Under the pieces are notes generated by a model. That model worked only from the letters and a program-made list of their open reading frames with translations. It had not been told where the DNA came from and did no database searches. Of a stretch of DNA of 43,472 bases, positions 40,969 to 43,472 are shown piece by piece. A program made the position numbers and the translations under genes. Source of the DNA: an uncultured Robiginitomaculum sp. (GTDB lineage Bacteria > Pseudomonadota > Alphaproteobacteria > Caulobacterales > Maricaulaceae). How positions within the stretch are numbered: the first letter of the stretch is position 1; every line of letters starts with the position of its first letter. The stretch lies in assembly GCA_938001945.1 (NCBI GenBank), contig CALLBH010000154.1:1-43472 (forward strand), read 5' to 3'.

Positions 40969-41448
40969 CTAACAGATCGGCAATTCCATACGCGCCAGAC
41001 ATGCAGCATTTGTGCTGCATTGACGGTTTACAGAGACAGGGACTTTCGACCAGCCGCCACGTACGGAATTATAAACCTCTACGCTGACGGGCGTGTCGGT
41101 CAAGTTGAACCGGAATTGCTGCTCAAGTACAACTTGCTGACGGCCAAGTGTCACCTTGTCCGACAGTTTCCGGGACAACATTGCTTCCGCAGTATTGCTT
41201 TTTGTTTGATCGCCCATAGGGATTTCGCGGCGACATTCGCCCACGACCCAATAGGCCTTATTCAAACCGGGATCGACGATAAATGCCGTATCCCCATCGA
41301 CGATTTCAAGCAGTAGCGGGGTATTCCCCGTCTCCTGCGCAGAGGACGGCAGGCCCACCATAAGCCCGATCATCCAAATCATCAAAAATTTAAGTAAAGA
41401 GTTCACTTCACCACCCATACACCAAGTTGCGATCTTTGCCGCATGCAT
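40969..41448 (-). CDS. Small secreted Cys-containing hypothetical protein
   Basis: Hydrophobic signal segment ending SSA|QE; four Cys in the mature part, one of them the last residue; stop 9 nt before the usher-like gene. True start probably downstream of 41448. Confidence 0.7.
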   Translation of the reverse strand: MHAAKIATWCMGGEVNSLLKFLMIWMIGLMVGLPSSAQETGNTPLLLEIVDGDTAFIVDPGLNKAYWVVGECRREIPMGDQTKSNTAEAMLSRKLSDKVTLGRQQVVLEQQFRFNLTDTPVSVEVYNSVRGGWSKVPVSVNRQCSTNAACLARMELPIC

Positions 41449-41600
41449 ATTGATAGCAAAATGAGGTTATCATCCTCTTATCAAGAGGTGAACGAATAGG
41501 TGAGCGCAGCCCCCCTAACCTACTGTTTTTTCGTTATTAAGTGTTAATCGAGTGCAGAATATTTGGTCGCGAACGGGACTATCAAATTTCATTGTGACTC

Positions 41601-41642
41601 ATAATCAAAAATTTGATCCACTGGATCAAATTGTTTGATTAT
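41601..41642. repeat. 20-bp-arm inverted repeat overlapping the guaA stop codon
   Basis: ATAATCAAAAATTTGATCCA-c-TGGATCAAATT(g)TTTGATTAT: perfect apart from one bulged G. Confidence 0.85.
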
Positions 41643-43219
41643 TCCCACTCAATCGTTCCCGGAGGCTTCGACGTCACGTCATAAACAACGCGATTAACGC
41701 CGCGCACTTCGTTGATGATGCGCGTTGCAGTTCGGCCGAGGAAATCATGTTTAAAGGGGTAGTAATCGGCGGTCATACCGTCCGTTGAGGTCACAGCGCG
41801 TAAGGCAAGAACGTGATCATATGTGCGGCCATCTCCCATGACGCCGACCGTTTTGACAGGCAAAATCACTGCAAAAGCTTGCCATATCTCATTGTAAAGT
41901 CCCGCTTTTCTGATTTCTTCGAGATATATTTCGTCTGCATCACGTAATGCGTCTAGTTTCTCGCCTGTGATTACGCCGGGACAGCGAATAGCGAGGCCAG
42001 GCCCCGGGAATGGGTGGCGTTCAACGAAATCCTTATGAAGTCCCAGTTCTTGCCCCAGGGCGCGCACTTCGTCTTTGAACAGTTCACGCAGCGGCTCGAC
42101 CAACTCCATATCCATACGCTCTGGCAAGCCGCCTACATTATGGTGAGACTTTATTGTCACGCTTGGACCGCCGTCAAAAGAGACAGATTCGATTACGTCG
42201 GGATACAGCGTCCCCTGCGCGAGGAATTTCGCGCCGCCAACTTTCTTGGCTTCGCGTTCAAATATATCAATAAATGTGCCGCCGATAATTTTGCGTTTAC
42301 GCTCCGGATCGTCCACGCCTTCGAGAAGGCCAAGAAACTCATCGCCCGCATCAACATGAATGAGGTTCATATTGTAATGTTTTGAAAACAAAGAAATAAC
42401 TTGATCGGACTCGCCCTTGCGCATCATTCCCGTATCAACATAGACGCAAGTCAGCTGATCGCCAATCGCCTCATGAAGGAGAACGGCCACGACAGAACTA
42501 TCTACGCCGCCGGACAGACCACATATAACTTTTCCGTCTCCGACTTGCTGCCGCACTTTGGCAATCGCTTCTTCGCGAAAGGCCTTCATGGTCCAGTCGC
42601 CTTTCATGCCCGCAATTTTGTGAGTAAAGTTACGCAGCATGTCCGCGCCCATTGGCGTGTGGACGACTTCGGGGTGGAACTGGACGCCGTAGAAGCGGCG
42701 GGCCTCATCAGCCGTCGCCGCCAAAGGCGCGCCCTCCGATTTCGCAATGATTTCAAACCCATCGGGCTGTTTCGTGACGCGGTCGCCGTGGCTCATCCAA
42801 ACGCGCTGCGTGGCATGTGTCCCGCCTATGCCCGCAAATAACGGACTGTCGCCAACGATTTCAATGTCTGCGCGGCCAAATTCGCCGTCATGCCCGGCCT
42901 CAACTTCGCCGCCAAGCTGCACGCACATCGTTTGCTGTCCGTAGCAGATCCCCAAAACCGGGACGCCAAAATCAAAAACATGGGCATCGGCGCGGGGGCT
43001 TTTTGCCGAGGCGACACTGCTTGGGCCGCCGGACAGGACAATCGCGCGTGGATCATATGTATCCAAGAACGCCGCATCGACTTTATTATAAGGATGCACT
43101 TCGCAATAAACGCCGCTTTCACGCAAACGCCGCGCAATGAGCTGTGTCACTTGGGAGCCAAAATCAATAATTAGCGCGCGTTCGTGATGTTCGCGTAGAT
43201 CGTCCTGCAGAGTGCTCAT
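41639..43219 (-). CDS. guaA: GMP synthase (glutamine-hydrolysing)
   Basis: [46 protein letters not shown]. Confidence 0.98.
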   Translation of the reverse strand: MSTLQDDLREHHERALIIDFGSQVTQLIARRLRESGVYCEVHPYNKVDAAFLDTYDPRAIVLSGGPSSVASAKSPRADAHVFDFGVPVLGICYGQQTMCVQLGGEVEAGHDGEFGRADIEIVGDSPLFAGIGGTHATQRVWMSHGDRVTKQPDGFEIIAKSEGAPLAATADEARRFYGVQFHPEVVHTPMGADMLRNFTHKIAGMKGDWTMKAFREEAIAKVRQQVGDGKVICGLSGGVDSSVVAVLLHEAIGDQLTCVYVDTGMMRKGESDQVISLFSKHYNMNLIHVDAGDEFLGLLEGVDDPERKRKIIGGTFIDIFEREAKKVGGAKFLAQGTLYPDVIESVSFDGGPSVTIKSHHNVGGLPERMDMELVEPLRELFKDEVRALGQELGLHKDFVERHPFPGPGLAIRCPGVITGEKLDALRDADEIYLEEIRKAGLYNEIWQAFAVILPVKTVGVMGDGRTYDHVLALRAVTSTDGMTADYYPFKHDFLGRTATRIINEVRGVNRVVYDVTSKPPGTIEWE

Positions 43220-43233
43220 AATTCGTCCTGTGT

Positions 43234-43472
43234 CTAATTTGCCTCATCAGGCATATATTCCATGATTGAGAAGAAAAAACCGTCCGTGCCGGTTGAGGCC
43301 GGAGAAAGAGTTACAGAGCAGCCATCAGCCGACCATGGCTTTGCGCTATCCGTGCCAAAGACATCTTCCCACAATTCACCTGCGCTTATCAGTTTAAACG
43401 CTTCGTTCTCTTCAATAAATTTATAAACCTGGGCTTCGTTTTCATCGGCAATCACGGAGCATGTCATATAGA
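43234..43472 (-). CDS. RsmB/NOP-family RNA m5C methyltransferase, C-terminal part (truncated by window edge)
   Basis: YMTCS...ENE (catalytic Cys motif) and terminal P....TDGFF; commonly found upstream of guaA in alphaproteobacteria. Confidence 0.8.
   Translation of the reverse strand, partial: YMTCSVIADENEAQVYKFIEENEAFKLISAGELWEDVFGTDSAKPWSADGCSVTLSPASTGTDGFFFSIMEYMPDEAN

Noticed and set aside
41613-41629. FNR/FixK box (TTGAT...ATCAA)
   Set aside because: The spacer is 7 nt (CCACTGG), not the required 4.
30538-41641. Genomic island integrated at the guaA 3' end, a known hotspot
   Set aside because: No integrase or transposase is present, I found no direct-repeat copy of the guaA end (TTCCCACTC on the plus strand), and base composition looks similar to core genes.

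Overview
A compact, gene-dense chromosomal window from an alphaproteobacterium. This is inferred from the secG-pyrG...eno-ftsB-pdhABC gene order, a PdhB carrying a lipoyl domain, a GTTC-N7-GTTC SOS box and CtrA-like sites. The left part (about 1-23.5 kb) is mostly housekeeping and metabolism: pdhC (partial), pdhB, pdhA, ftsB, eno, rpmF (missing from the ORF track), zntB, pyrG, secG, smpB, dapA, a lytic transglycosylase, a Ser/Thr dehydratase, an acyl-CoA ligase, a Bcr/CflA transporter, a JmjC-type dioxygenase, a THUMP methyltransferase, kbl-tdh coupled to an iodotyrosine-deiodinase-like gene, and a LexA-boxed Y-family polymerase/uracil-DNA glycosylase pair. An alpha-2-macroglobulin/pbpC pair follows. 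The most interesting region is 30.7-41.4 kb. It holds two paralogous, secreted, acidic beta-rich proteins flanking a PapD/CsuC-like chaperone gene. About 4.2 kb away, on the opposite strand, are a small Cys-containing secreted protein and a 1071-aa usher-like outer-membrane protein with an unusual domain layout. I infer that these five genes form a divergent chaperone-usher-like, possibly Ca2+-binding and CtrA-controlled surface-filament system that I do not recognise as a described family, split by a five-gene block. guaA and a partial RsmB-family gene close the window. I saw no tRNA, rRNA, CRISPR array, integrase or transposase. All family calls come from recognising motifs by eye, not from database searches.
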